The notes beneath the pieces were generated by a model, which worked only from the letters and a program-made list of their open reading frames with translations, ran no database searches and was not told where the DNA came from. The position numbers and the translations under genes are program-made. Shown here piece after piece: positions 1-13,457 of a stretch of DNA of 64,000 nt. The stretch spans positions 29,636,001 through 29,700,000 of the forward strand of contig OZ024749.1 in assembly GCA_964016885.1 (NCBI GenBank). The letters are read 5' to 3'. The stretch is from Eledone cirrhosa (lineage: Eukaryota). Position 1 is the first letter of the stretch. Every line of letters starts with the position of its first letter.

Positions 1-99
1 ATTTCGGTTGACGTCGCATAAAGATGGTAAACATTCGTAGCTTACTGGTTAGTCGTCTTCAGCTTACGATCATAAATAAGGTCATAAGTTCCATTTTTC

Positions 100-330
100 G
101 GTGGTACATTATGTCCTTGAGCAAGACACTTGATTTCACATTTCGCCTGTCCTCTCAGCTGAAAAAAATGAGTTGCGACGACGTCATGTTCAGCTTACTG
201 TCGTAAAGTCAGTTCTATTTTTCGGTGATACATTGTGGTCTTGAGCAAGACACTTGATTTCACATTTTTCCCGTCCTCTCAGTTGGAAAACCAAATGAGT
301 TGAGATGACACTGGTACTTAGTTGCATCGA
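100..330 (+). mobile_element. Two degenerate SINE family-2 core fragments
   Basis: TCCTTGAGCAAGACACTT / TCTTGAGCAAGACACTT motif at ~114 and ~239, shared with the full copy at 32210. Confidence 0.6.
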
Positions 331-979
331 TATTTCGTCTTTTGTTTTGGATAACATCGGTGGTGAGGAAGAGTGGAGATTGGTATGTATGACAGACCGT
401 TGGTCATCCACAAACCACATCCGTGATCAGACATGTGCTTCGGAGAAGCAAACCCACGGCAGTCACCACCTTCCTCTTCATAAGAAGAGGAAGGGCAGAT
501 AAATAGTGTCACATGAACAAGAAAAAATAGGATGGTTAAATGGGACTTCTAAAAAACCTCATATGAAAGCAAAATAAAATGTGAAAATATTTTCCTTCTT
601 CTCTTAAAAAAAGGAAAAGAAATAAATTTTGTTCCTGTTTACCAGAGGATTTATTATAAAATTGTTGCTTTGCTCCAGTTTAAAAGCGTTCGAATGTGAA
701 TTGACGATAAAACATTTTATTGATTCAATATTTCATATTCAATTGAATATGTATCTTTTCAAACGGGAAGATAAAATAAAGAAAATAAAGAGAGGGTGGG
801 GTAAGAAAATAAAACAAAACAACAGAAAAATAAATATATAAAAATGAATATATATTTACAAATGGGAAATGAAAATAATGAAAAAAAGATGAGGTGGGGG
901 AGGGGTAAAGGAAGTAAAAAAAAACCCAATCCCCAAAATATAAAAAGGAATCGAGAAGGAGAAATGGGGGGGGGGGGAG

Positions 980-1022
<43 letters not shown>

Positions 1023-1449
1023 TGTATAATGTTTACCGGACGGTGTATTTTAACTGCTCTGCAAGACAAGATTGGGGGAAGAATTGCAGCCTGCGATACC
1101 CGCTGCATCAGTCTTTCCAACTCATGGGGATTTCTTTCTCATGCATGATTCCTTAGTCCCCAATTTGGCGGAAGTAAAACGGCTGTCCGAGGGACCTAAG
1201 GGGAATCGAGAGAGTTTAGAAGGCAACCGGCACAAAAAAGGAAACGCCAAATCAATGTCTAGAATATTTAGCTAACTGCCGATCCCCTGTACTACAGATG
1301 GCGGTGGCACCTGGGTTTATGGCTGAAGGGATGAGGTTGACACCCGAGAATGGTGGCACAATATCTGGTGATACAGATTAGTTAAACGAACCCCCAAAAG
1401 AGATAATTTATTGAGTTGCTGTTTTGCCCCAGTATAAAAATCATTTATA

Positions 1450-1559
1450 TGTCATCATCATCGTCATCACCATCATCATCGTCATCATAATTGTCATCAT
1501 CATCATCGTCATCATAATTGTCATCATCATCATCATCATCATCATCGTCATCATAATTG

Positions 1560-1591
<32 letters not shown>

Positions 1592-1629
1592 GCCATCATC
1601 GCCATCATCGTCATTACCATCGTCATAAG

Positions 1630-1676
<47 letters not shown>

Positions 1677-1762
1677 CCATCACCATCATCACCATCTTCA
1701 TCATCGTCTTCACCATTATCATCACCATCATCACGATCGTCATCATCATCATCATCATCATT
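1450..1762. repeat. (ATC)n trinucleotide microsatellite
   Basis: Direct reading. Confidence 0.95.
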
Positions 1763-1867
1763 ATCCACATCTCTCCACACGCTCTAACTACAGATTGAGG
1801 AACACTTCGTAATTATGGCAGCAGCAAATATGAGATTAAAACAAGTTTCTCCACACATCTTCCACAG

Positions 1868-1916
<49 letters not shown>

Positions 1917-2094
1917 CTATATATCTATATTGTTATGCTTTGGGAGGGTCATGTTGCCAATAAGAAACACACGCACCAGTTGCTTTCACTCCAATTTATT
2001 ATGAGTTAAATTTATAAATTTAAGAATTTATAAATTTATAAATTTATAAATTTCCGGTTGGTTGGTTCCACAACCGGACGGTTGTTCATATATT

Positions 2095-2137
2095 GTCAGA
2101 GTTCTTTCGTCACACATTCTGTGACCTCTTCAGTGAC
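2095..2137 (-). ncRNA. Minimal type I hammerhead ribozyme (family A)
   Basis: Minus strand: GUCA-CUGAAGA-g-GUCACA(gaaug)UGUGAC-GAAA-GAAC-UC-UGAC; stem I GUCA/UGAC, CUC cleavage triplet. Confidence 0.75.
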
Positions 2138-2202
2138 TGGGGATATATATATATATTTAGTTACTTGTATATATATATCTCTATATCTCTATATATATTT
2201 AG

Positions 2203-2249
<47 letters not shown>

Positions 2250-2723
2250 TATTGAAGTTTCCGTTGAAAATTGAAAAAGTCATAGGAGTGAAGAGTGCTC
2301 TATGTAAGTACCAGAGCAAAATTTAATGTATAATAAACAATACAATATAATTACCTCATTACCAGAGGTTTCCCGAATATGACGAATACGAAAGAAACGT
2401 CCTCATTCGTTCGTCGGACGAGGCAATATAAAACAGTGAAATATTTGGAAAGTCTCCTCAAGAAAAGCAAAAATATATATATATATATATAAATAAAAGT
2501 AATGCAATAGACATATAACATATATTAAAAAATAAAAAATATATAAGGAAATATAGTTAGGTGTGTGTATATGTATGTATATACACTCACAAATGTACAT
2601 ATGTATGTACAAATGCGTGTGTATGGTGAAAATGTGTGCGTAAATATATATATGAGGGCAAGTATATTTGTATATATGTAACCACAAATACGGATACAAT
2701 ATAAGTTGAAAATAAATTTATAA

Positions 2724-2779
<56 letters not shown>

Positions 2780-3561
2780 AGTTCAGTCCAATTTGGATCT
2801 CAAACTTCTATCTACGAGCTTATTTTTATATCTCTCTTCATATATTTAGATATTTCACACTGTTTTATATTTTATGTATTTGAAAATAAATAAACATAAG
2901 AAAAACAATAACAACCAACACATAAATAACAAAAAAGAAAATCAAATAAACAGCAAAGAAAATGGCGAAGATTTAGAAAAAATTTTATTTTCTCGAATTT
3001 CGAAAAAAAAAAGAAAAAAAATCCAGAAACAAAAGCACCCCCCCCCCAAAAAAAAACAACAACAACAAAAAAACTAAACTAAAAACGAAGTAAAACAAAA
3101 TGAAATATATAAAAAAATTAAGAGCTAAACATTTGTTATTGTTCAGTTCGTTGGTAAACCACCTCCGAAATATAATAGATATAAATAATACATTATTACT
3201 ATTTCGTTTCTGAATTTGTTTAGCAAGATTCTTTATCTGTTTCTTATTGGCAACATGACCCTCCCAAAGTATAACAACATTATTACTATTATTTTTTATT
3301 AAACATTTAGAACACACACTCACTCTCTCTTTCACACACACACACACGCACACACGCATATATATATATGATGTGTGTATGTGTGTGTGTGAGTGTATGT
3401 GTGCGTAGATAAGTGTATTGATTAGTTTTGTTGTCTTCCCTTGAACTGAAAATTAAGGTAAACATGCACACACACACATATATATGCATATATATATATA
3501 TATATAACGTGGAAAATAGACGTTAAATGATGATGATGATGATGATGATATATATATATAT

Positions 3562-3592
<31 letters not shown>

Positions 3593-3609
3593 CATATATT
3601 GGTTATTTC

Positions 3610-3652
3610 GTCAAAGTACTTTCGTCACACATTCTGTGACCTCCTCAATGAC
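3610..3652 (-). ncRNA. Minimal type I hammerhead, family A copy with C3U core
   Basis: Minus strand: GUCA-UUGAGGA-g-GUCACA(gaaug)UGUGAC-GAAA-GUAC-UU-UGAC; palindromic stem III (AAAGUACUUU). Confidence 0.65.
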
Positions 3653-4039
3653 TATCTGTTCTCTTTTGTGCCACGATAAGTGGCTCAGTTATTTGAGCAA
3701 CAGAACATCTTGCTTGAGAAAAATCAACGATTAAGTAGCTGTGAGGGAGATTCAGCGTGACACAGTGTTGTTTGACCGACCGAGCAGACTATATTTTCCA
3801 CAAACACGTGTACCCTTATCTTTATTCTCAGGAATTTTCAGTTTAATTCAGTATGTTGCTATATTTTCCACAGACACGTGTACCCTTAGCGTAATTCTCA
3901 GGAAGAGTCAGTTTGATACATTGTGTAAATGTACAATTTATTTGTGTCAGTTGAGTGGACGGGAGTAATGTGAAATAAAGTGTCTTGCTCAAGGACACAA
4001 CTCGCCGCCATGAACTGAAAACACGTCCTCACGATCCTG

Positions 4040-4116
<77 letters not shown>

Positions 4117-4290
4117 AACTGCTATTACTACTACTACTTTGACGCTAAAATTCCGCCAGTTGCAGACAGCGCATCAACATGAGATATTATTCTCTCCAAA
4201 GTTCGATCACCAACAGCTGAGTTTAAAGAGAAAAGATCAAGTCCAGTCCATAGGTTGACATTATCAAGCCATCGTTATGTCTCAATATTT
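4040..4290 (-). mobile_element. RTE-type LINE 3' end with trinucleotide tail
   Basis: Minus frame RWLDNVNLWTGLDLFSLNSAVGDRTLERII resembles the RTE C-terminal RW.D...WTG...DR motif; followed by (AGT)n/(AGC)n. Confidence 0.6.
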
Positions 4291-5022
4291 TCAGAAATTA
4301 TCTTTATTATATTCTATTTTTATTTTATTTTAATTTTTATTTTATTTTATTTTTATTTTATTTTATTTTATTTTAATTTTTATTTTATTTTATTTTTATT
4401 TTATTTTATTTTATTTTATTCTATCTAATTTTGTTTTATTTTCCCATCAAATTCTATTTATATTGAAAAATTTAGTTGACTTTATAAATCTTGAATCGCT
4501 GACAGCCAAATCGCGAGAGTTGTTAAGTTATATCTGACGGGGAACGGATCTCCGTCGTCGCTTTTCATGACGATGAATGTTTCAGTTGTTTAATCAATGG
4601 AACAGTCTTCTCAGGAAACGAACGTTGAAAGTTCTGAGTGGCCGAGCATTCCACAGACACGTGTACACATAACGAAAAGTAATTCTCAGAAGGGAATGCA
4701 ACATGGAGAATTCTACACACACAACGTAATCCTCAGAAAGAAATTCAAAATGACAAACTCCAGCCGAGCAAATTTGACAGACACATCCGTGAAAGGCCCC
4801 AATCCTCGATGCTGGCTGGACCACATAGACCTGCCTCACAAAGTGCGGAGCTGCAGACCCACCAACTTTTCTTGGTTAATTTTTCGTTTCTGTTCGTCTC
4901 CCACAAATGTACTTCCCCAGGGCGGTGTCGAGCACTTCGGCGCGGAGTTTGGGTGGTTGGTTGAAGATGTTAGACATACAAGTGACTTTCTTGACTCTAC
5001 AGAGGGCTTGTTTGCTTGGACC

Positions 5023-5031
5023 AACAACAAC

Positions 5032-5062
<31 letters not shown>

Positions 5063-5470
5063 ACAACAACAGTAACAGTAACAGCAGCAGCAGCAGCAGT
5101 AACAACAACAACAACAGCAGCAACAACAGCAACAACGGCAACAACAACAACAGTAACAGTAACAGCAGCAGCAGTAACAACAGCAACAACAACAACAGTA
5201 ACAGTAACAGTAACAGCAGCAGCAGCAGCAGAAGCAGCAGCAGTAACAACAACAACAACAGCAGCAACAAGAGCACAACGGCAACAACAACAACAGTAAC
5301 AGTAACAGCAGCAGCAGTAACAACAACAACAACAACAACAACAGCAGCAGCAGCAACAACAACAGCAACAACAACAGTAACAGCAGCAGCAGCAACAACA
5401 ACACCAACAGCAGCAGCAACAACAACAACAGCAACAAAAAACAACAGCAGCAGCTGCAACAACAACAACA
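5023..5470. repeat. (AAC/AGC/AGT)n compound microsatellite
   Basis: Direct reading. Confidence 0.95.
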
Positions 5471-5584
5471 ATGACAAAAAAAAATGGTGTCAAAAGTGCT
5501 AGGTATACCTAAGGATGCAGGATACAGTGTGATATCTAACAATCCAAACACCAACGAAATTAAATGCAGAGGAAATAATAATGA

Positions 5585-6112
5585 TTGTTTCTACTTTTTG
5601 GCACAAGGCCAGCAAATTACCCAGTGCATTACTGGTACTTTATTTTATCGACCCCGTAAGGATGGAAGGCAAAGTTAATCTCGGCGGGATTTGAACTCAG
5701 AATGGCAAGGGCCGTAACTCTATGCATCAAAGCATGGCGTCCGACCCTCTACCGATAATGCCAATCCATCAATAATAATAATAATAATAATTGTTTCTAC
5801 TTTAGGCACAAGGCCAGCAATTATCCAGTGCATTACTGGTACTTTATTTTATCCATCCCGTAAGGATGAAAGACAAAGTTAACCTCGGCGGGATTTGAAC
5901 TCAGAATGGCAAGGGCCGTAACTCTATGCATCAAAGCATGGCGTCCGACCCTCTACCGATACTGCCAATCCACCAATAATAATAATAATAATAATTGTTT
6001 CTACTTTAGGCACAAGGCCAGCAATTACCCCAGTGCATTACTGGTACTTTATTTTATCGACCCCGTAAGGATGGAAGGCAAAGTTAACCTCGGCGGGATT
6101 TGAACTCAGAAT
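5585..6112 (-). mobile_element. Three tandem tRNA-derived SINE family-1 copies
   Basis: Reverse complement of A box TGGCAGTATCGG, B box GAGTTCAAATCC, central TTGCCTTTCATCCTTACGGGGTCGATAAAATAAAGTACC and (ATT)n tails. Confidence 0.85.
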
Positions 6113-6655
6113 GAATAACAATGATAATAATAATAATATTAAAGGATTTTTTTCTTCTATTTAATATTTGTAACTTTTCAACATTGATTCCGTCCGCCAT
6201 TATCTCTGCTGCTGCTACTACTACTACATTAAAAAACAATAATGTTGTTTTCTAGATGAGTTTGTTTCCATGGTGGATTGATATCTTTTTCCACCCCTCT
6301 CTCTCTCACTCTCTCCATCTTTCACTCTTTATCTTTCTTTCTCTCTCTCACTCTCTCCATTTTCACTCTTTATCTTTCTTTCTCTCTCTCCCACTCTCTC
6401 CATCTTTCACTCTTTATCTTTCTTTCTCTCTCTCTCTCTCCCTCTCTCTCTCTCCCACTCTCTCCATCTTTCACTCTCTATCTTTCTTTCTCTCTTTCTC
6501 TCCCCCTCTCTCTCTCCCTTTCTTCCCCTTTCTCTCTCTCGCCTGAAGTAGTAGTAGTAGTAGTGGTAGTAGTAGTAATTCTAGTGGTGGTTGTAGTGGT
6601 ACTAGTGGTAGTTGTAGAAGAGAAGAGAAGAGAAGATGAAGAAATAATAATAATG

Positions 6656-6704
<49 letters not shown>

Positions 6705-7473
6705 GAAGAAGAAGAAAGAAAGAACAAAGAAGACACGCTAAATGTTAAATATTGAGAAAAACTTCAGCTACCAAAGAACTAAATAATATTTTCGCTGCTT
6801 TTACGTACAATCACCAATCCACATTGTTTCAATTTACGTTCATTCTGTTGTTTTGAGGAAGAAAAAAAAATTGGTAATTCATAACATTTTGATTATAGAT
6901 AAATATAAGGAAAATAGGTGAGAAATAGGTAGAAACAAAAATTGGGGCCTTAAAAAGATTTATATACACTATCTTGATATATTTTACCTTAGTTTGTTTT
7001 TTAAATCACTTCGAGAATACACCCACAGTCGAGAATACACCCACACAAGCACGCATACTCATAAATACACACTCACAGACACTCACACACACACACTCTC
7101 TCAGATACATCTACAGACACTGTATTCACACGTTGTATTTTAAGTGTTATATTTATGCAGGGTTGCCATTATTGTTTTCCAAGAAATTCTATGTCTTAAT
7201 GATCTCTGCTCCTGTGCAACGCCGGGTATTACTGCTTGTCGAAAATATAAGTATTGGCTAGCAAACTTGCATCTATCAACTAATTCTATCAATTCACCGT
7301 CTCGAATATATTAGTTAAAATAGGTAGCATGTAGAAAAAAGATAATTCTAAGCGACCTGGGAAAATACAGTGTGGGGCATAAATAACTCCCACATTTTGA
7401 AGGGATATAAAAAAGACGCGGGAGAAATTTATACCCCACCCTATCTATATGTTCCCAACGATACATGTTAGAT

Positions 7474-7720
7474 CAGTGGTTTCCATCCTTTTGTGTAACA
7501 TGTTCCACCTCAACATCTCAAAAATTGTTATACCCCTCTTTGATATGTAAATGACCCCCCCACCTCCCATCCTTGATATGAAAATTCCCCCCTTTTGATA
7601 TGAAAACAATGATGGTGAACTAGTGTCAACGCAGTTATATGATATAGTTCAGTGGTTCCTAACCTTTTGTGCACCATGCTCCACCTCAACATCACAAAAA
7701 TTGTTATGCCCTCACCCTTT
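7474..7720 (+). mobile_element. Duplicated hAT/Charlie-like left ends
   Basis: CAGTGGTT(T/C)C..(A/T)CCTTTT at 7474 and 7650, each followed by the same ~45 bp; no matching right TIR seen. Confidence 0.35.
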
Positions 7721-8144
7721 GGTATGAAAACAGCGATGACCAATTACAAAGTGTTAATAAACAGGTGTATAGGTGGTGCCAGATACACAATAAAATTGGT
7801 GGAGGAGGTGAGATAGGAGTTTCTTTTCCGACAGAAATGTGTACCAAAGTTGCCTTGGTGTAAAAGTAATGAGGTAAAAATTGCATTTGGGCGTCAAATA
7901 TGATTTTACTTAAATCTGATTGATGATTGACGGGGAGGTTTTTGTTTCGATAAGAAATCAATATTTGATATCATTGATTTTACTTTGTTTAAATTATATT
8001 TTCTTTGTCAAAAAAAACAAAAAACAAAAACCAACAAAAACAACAAAAACAAAAGTCACTACGTCACGTGATGACAGCAGCAATGTTTCCGAAATATAAA
8101 AGAACTAAAAATATCATTTTAAGTGTATCGAATAATAAATAAAA

Positions 8145-8205
8145 CAGCAGCTGCAACAACGGCAACAACATCATCAACATCATCACCACCACCCTCATCA
8201 TCATT

Positions 8206-8251
<46 letters not shown>

Positions 8252-8911
8252 ACAGTATCATCATCATCATCATCATAATCATCAACAGTATCATCATCAT
8301 CATCATCATCATCAACATCAACGTAATCATCATCATCATCATCATCATCATCAACTGCATCATCATCATCAACATCATCACCATCATCGTAATCATCATC
8401 ATCATCATCAACATCATCACCATCATCGTAATCATCATCATCATCACCACCATCATCACCATCATCATCCTCATCATCATCGTAATCAATCACCATCATC
8501 GTAATTATCATCATCATCATCATCATCATCAACATCAACGTAATCATCATCATCATCATCATCGTAACAATCATCATCATCATCATCATCACCATCAACA
8601 ATAGCATCAACATCATCAACATCATCAACAACGTACCAAAATGATCACCACTACCAACAACAACTACAATAATAACGACAACAATACCCTACCACCACCA
8701 CCACCACCACCACCACCACCACCACCACCACCACCACAACAACATCAACAACAACAACAGCAACAACAACAACCACACAACAACAACAACAACCACCACT
8801 AATAACAACTACACCACCACTACTACCACCTCCAACAACAACTACAATAATAACGACAACAATACCCTACCTCCACCACCACCACCACCACCACCATCAC
8901 CATCACCACAA

Positions 8912-8949
<38 letters not shown>

Positions 8950-8965
8950 GCAACGACAACAACCA

Positions 8966-8996
<31 letters not shown>

Positions 8997-9191
8997 ACTA
9001 ATAACAACTACACCACCACTACTACCACCTCCAACAACAACTACAATAATAACGACAACAATACCCTACCACCACCACCACCGCCACCATCACCATCACC
9101 ACAACAACAACAACAACAACAACAACAACAGCAACAACAACAACAACAAACAATACCAGCAACAAAAACAACAACAACAACAAACAATACC

Positions 9192-9250
<59 letters not shown>

Positions 9251-9265
9251 ACAACATCAGCAACG

Positions 9266-9350
<85 letters not shown>

Positions 9351-9352
9351 AC
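8145..9352. repeat. (ATC)n/(ACC)n/(AAC)n compound microsatellite with internal ~190-bp duplications
   Basis: Direct reading; block CAACAACAACTACAATAATAACGACAACAATACCCTACC occurs three times. Confidence 0.95.
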
Positions 9353-9584
9353 ACCATCCTTGAATTCTTAGGTGATAATTTATTCGATCGGAAAATAATT
9401 TTCCAAAAATTTTTAAACGATGGAAATGACATTGGAAATGTGGAAACAAGGATTGTCTCCACCTGCCATAGACTCTTAGCTGACATGTTGGCTCCTTCAT
9501 AAATTATTTTACAATGAATTGGTTTTGAAAATATTAGAATCGGCGGATTAATTGACAAACCAACTATCAATTAATCATATTTGT

Positions 9585-10995
9585 AATTGGAATCGGTAGA
9601 GGGTCGGACAACATGCTTTGCGGCATGGAGTAATTTCGCCCCTTTACGTTGAGTTTAAATTCCGCCGAAGTTAACTTTGCCTTTCATCCTTACGAGGTCG
9701 ATAAAATAAAGTACCAGTAATACAATATGGTTGATTTAATCGACTTTCTCCTTCTCTCCCAAAATTGCTCACCTTGTGCCTAAATCAGAAACCATTACTA
9801 TTATTAGGGCAGTAAAGGCGGTGGATTGGCAGTATCGGTAGAGGGTGGGACACCATGCTTTGCAGCATAGAGTTACGGCTTTTTACGTTCTGAGTTCAAA
9901 TCTCACCGAGGTTAACTTTGCCTTTCATTTTTACGGGGTCGATAAAATAAAGTACCAGTCACGCACTGGGGCCGATTTAATCCCCTACACCCAAATGTAT
10001 GGTCTTGTGCCTATATAAGAAACCATTATTATTATTAGGGAGGTCGATTGGCAGTATCGGTAGAGGGTCGGACGCCATGCTTTGACGCATAGAGTTACGG
10101 CCCTTTCCATTCTGAGTTCAAATCCCGCCGAGGTTAACTTTGCCTTTCATCCTTACGGGGGTCGATAAAATAAAGTACCAGTAATGTACTGGGGTAATTG
10201 CTGGCCTTGTGCCAGAAGTAGAAATAATTATTAGGGCGGTAGATTAGCAGAATTGGCAGAGCATTGATCTCTGAGTTCAAATCTCACTGAGGTCAACTTT
10301 GCTTTTCCCCTTCCGTGGTCGATAAAATACAGTACCAGTACTGGGATCGATTTAATCGATTTTCCATCCCTTCAAATTTCTGGCCTTGTGAATAATTTAG
10401 ACATTCTATTTATTGTCATTAGGGTTGTGCATTGGCAGAATCGGTAGAGAGTCAGGCAAATAGTTGGACGTTAGTGGATTGGCAGTATCGGTAGAGAGTC
10501 GGACACCATGCTTTGAAGCATAGAGTTACGTCCCTTTATGATCTGAGTTCAAATCCCGCCGAGGTTAACTTTGCCTTTCATCCTTACGGGGTCGATAAAA
10601 TAAAGTACCAGTAATGCACTGGATAATTGCTGGCCTTGTGCCAAAAAGTAGAAACAGTTATTAGTTCCAGCTCTTTACGTTTCGAGTTCAAATCCCGCCA
10701 CGGTCGAATTTGTCTTTCTTCCTACCGAGGTCCATATAATAAAGTACCAGTAATTGTTTCTACTTTAGGCACAAGGCCAGCAATTACCCAGTGCATTACT
10801 GGTACTTTATTTTATCGACCCCGTAAGGATGAAAGGCAAAGTTAACCTCGGCGGGATTTGAACTCAGATCGTAAAGGGACGTAACTATGCTGGAAAGCAT
10901 GGCTTCCGATCCTCTACCGATACTGCCAATCCACCGCCAAAGTACCAGTAATGCACTGGGATAATTGCTGGCCTTGTGCCAAAAGTAGGAACAAT
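9585..10995 (+). mobile_element. Cluster of ~7 SINE family-1 copies, some nested
   Basis: Repeated A box, B box, core and tail units. Confidence 0.85.
10755..10938 (-). mobile_element. Full-length SINE family-1 inserted in another SINE with 14-bp TSD
   Basis: AAAGTACCAGTAAT at 10741-10754 and 10939-10952. Confidence 0.9.
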
Positions 10996-11231
10996 TTCTA
11001 TTGTCATTATTTGAGTGGTTTTTATCCGAAGATGGAGAGGTGTGGGTGGATGGGGAATTTTAACGATATTAAAATCAAGGAATCGTTAACCTGGTTTCAT
11101 TAGATTCGTAAATAGTAAAGAAAAAGAAAAAATGGCAGATGACACAAAATTTCTTTTAAAAGTGGAAATTTGACAAATATTTTCATTGACAATAGTCAGG
11201 GCTGAGTATGAATATTGGTGGGGATAATGAG

Positions 11232-11291
<60 letters not shown>

Positions 11292-11479
11292 AGTAAACCA
11301 TGGTAGGAGTGTCAGTAAAAATACATTGTAGAATTAGAGAATATTCCATTGGAAGATTTATTGAATTTTAATGAAGACGTGAGGTTAATAAAACATTAAT
11401 AATATCGTTGTTGTCATCATCGTCATCATCATTATCATCATCATCATTGTCATCATCATCGTCACCATCAATGTCATTG

Positions 11480-11510
<31 letters not shown>

Positions 11511-11644
11511 TATACCATCATTGTCATCATGAGATTTAACTCTTTTGCTACCATATTTCCAATAAAACATATTGTCTGCGATTTCCAAATAATCTTTTAA
11601 TATAAGTAACTTTCTCATTATTAAGCTGTTGTTGGAGTACAGCA

Positions 11645-11900
11645 CCAACAGGAGTTGTGAGCGACAGAGGCTATTGGAAACATTGTTTCCTTGCTTTGAT
11701 CTGATGATCCGTTCCTTTCTTCTGTCAGGAGTTGTGACTGACTGATAGTATCAACAACGGAAAGACTAATGGAAATATTGTTTCTTTGGTCTGATCTGAT
11801 GATCAGCTACTTTTTTCTGTCAGGAGTTGTGACTGATTGATAGTATCAGCAACGGAAAGAACTATGGAAACATATCTTTCTTGGTCTCATATGATGAGTG
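11645..11900 (+). repeat. ~100-bp degenerate tandem triplication of a SINE family-2-like tail
   Basis: CAGGAGTTGTGA...GGAAA(C/T)AT unit x3. Confidence 0.6.
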
Positions 11901-11946
11901 TTTTTCGTATTTCATTTTTAAACTATGGTTCTTATATAGAATATAA

Positions 11947-12292
11947 GGCAGCGAGTTGGCAGAGTCGTTAGAACGTCGGATAGAATACTTTGCGGTATTT
12001 CTTTCGGCTTTCTGCTCTCTGAGTTCAAATCACGCCGAAGTCAACTTTACCTTTCATCCATTCGAGGTCGATAAAAAAAGTACTAGTCAAGTACTGGTGT
12101 CGATTCTTCCTCTATATCTCTTTATCACTTCCGTTTTCTCACTCTCTCTATCCTTGGCTGGAAAAAATCTGCTGCCTTCAGATCTCGAGAGAAGATAGGC
12201 TCCGCCAGGTCTAAAAGAAAATGCCCTGGAAACGCCGTATGTCAATATGGCGCCCCTACGACTTCCTCAGGAGTTACAGGACCACGCCATAC
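11947..12292 (+). mobile_element. SINE family-1 subfamily with longer alternative 3' half
   Basis: tRNA head and core, then a tail ending CAGGAGTTACAGGACCA; homologues at 51686-52030 and 25280-25500. Confidence 0.7.
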
Positions 12293-12407
12293 ATAACATT
12301 ATGACAGAAAAGTTTTTAGATAAATATCTATGAATCGGCAGTTTTATGTGGCTTGGTATCAATATGGTTAATAGAGATTGTGCGAGTATTTTTCTTACAG
12401 ATCGGGG

Positions 12408-12772
12408 GACGGGTGATAACTTAACAACCTTCGTTGGAACGTGCTGTTTCGAGTAAATAAACATGTAAACATTACCCCCACCACAAATAACACCTCGACT
12501 GAAGTGGATGACCGTTTGACAATCTGTCACCTATCATGATTGCTCAGTGACACTAGCCAAGGACACCGCATGTCTTGCTGTAGATAAATATCATCATCAT
12601 ATATATATATATATATCCTTGAGGATATATATATATATATCGACTTCAGTCGATATATTCAGAGGATATATATCCACTTCAGTCGAGGTGTTATTTGGGG
12701 CTGGGGGTAATTTTTACATGTTTATTTACTCGAAACAGCACGTTTCAACGAAGGTTCTTAAGTTATCACCCG

Positions 12773-12775
<3 letters not shown>
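12408..12775. repeat. Inverted repeat with ~100-bp arms
   Basis: 12408-12510 is the reverse complement of 12672-12775. Confidence 0.85.
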
Positions 12776-12841
<66 letters not shown>

Positions 12842-12921
12842 GCAACTCCAGGTAGAAGGAGCAACGTGAAATAAAGTGTTTTGCTCAAGGACATAACGCA
12901 TATATATATATATATATATAT

Positions 12922-13116
12922 GAACCAGTAAGACCCCGACAGCTGAGCTCAAGCCGTTTCGACGGCTAATTCTGGACTGAGTCCAGAATTAGCCGTCGAA
13001 ACGGCTTGAGCTCAGCTGTCGGGGTCTTACTGGTTCCTATTACCCACTCTACTATCTCAAGTATTGAGTACTTTGGCGCGTTATGGTCCACCTGGTTCCT
13101 TACCACATTTCCTTCG

Positions 13117-13118
<2 letters not shown>
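12922..13118 (+). mobile_element. Fold-back PLE terminal fragment (family F), 3' half of hammerhead only
   Basis: ~57-bp palindrome arms plus 80-bp tail in (TA)n; matches 54108-54250. Confidence 0.8.
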
Positions 13119-13171
<53 letters not shown>

Positions 13172-13174
<3 letters not shown>

Positions 13175-13371
13175 TTAGAGAATTGGATTCCTAATCGTGA
13201 GGTTGTAAGTTCGATTCCCGGACCGGGCGATGCGTTATGTCCTTGAGTAAGACACTTTATTTCACGTTGCTCCTTCCACCTGGAGTTGCGACCGATAGAG
13301 AGTACTAGCATTTGGAAAGACCAACGGAAACATTGTTTCCTCGGTCCGATTTGACGAAAGTCGATCGACTG

Positions 13372-13375
<4 letters not shown>
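13172..13375 (+). mobile_element. SINE family-2 (tRNA head plus CORE/V-like domain), head slightly truncated
   Basis: GTTCGATTCC B box, TGTCCTTGAGTAAGACACTT; near-identical to 32210 copy. Confidence 0.8.

Positions 13376-13457
<82 letters not shown>

Noticed and set aside
4597-5502. 301-aa ORF
   Set aside because: Starts in a dispersed repeat and ends in a microsatellite; no recognisable domain, although the unique 4760-5020 part could hide an exon
11701-11805. CTGATGA motifs
   Set aside because: No stem II-GAAA or stem I partner; part of a SINE-like tail
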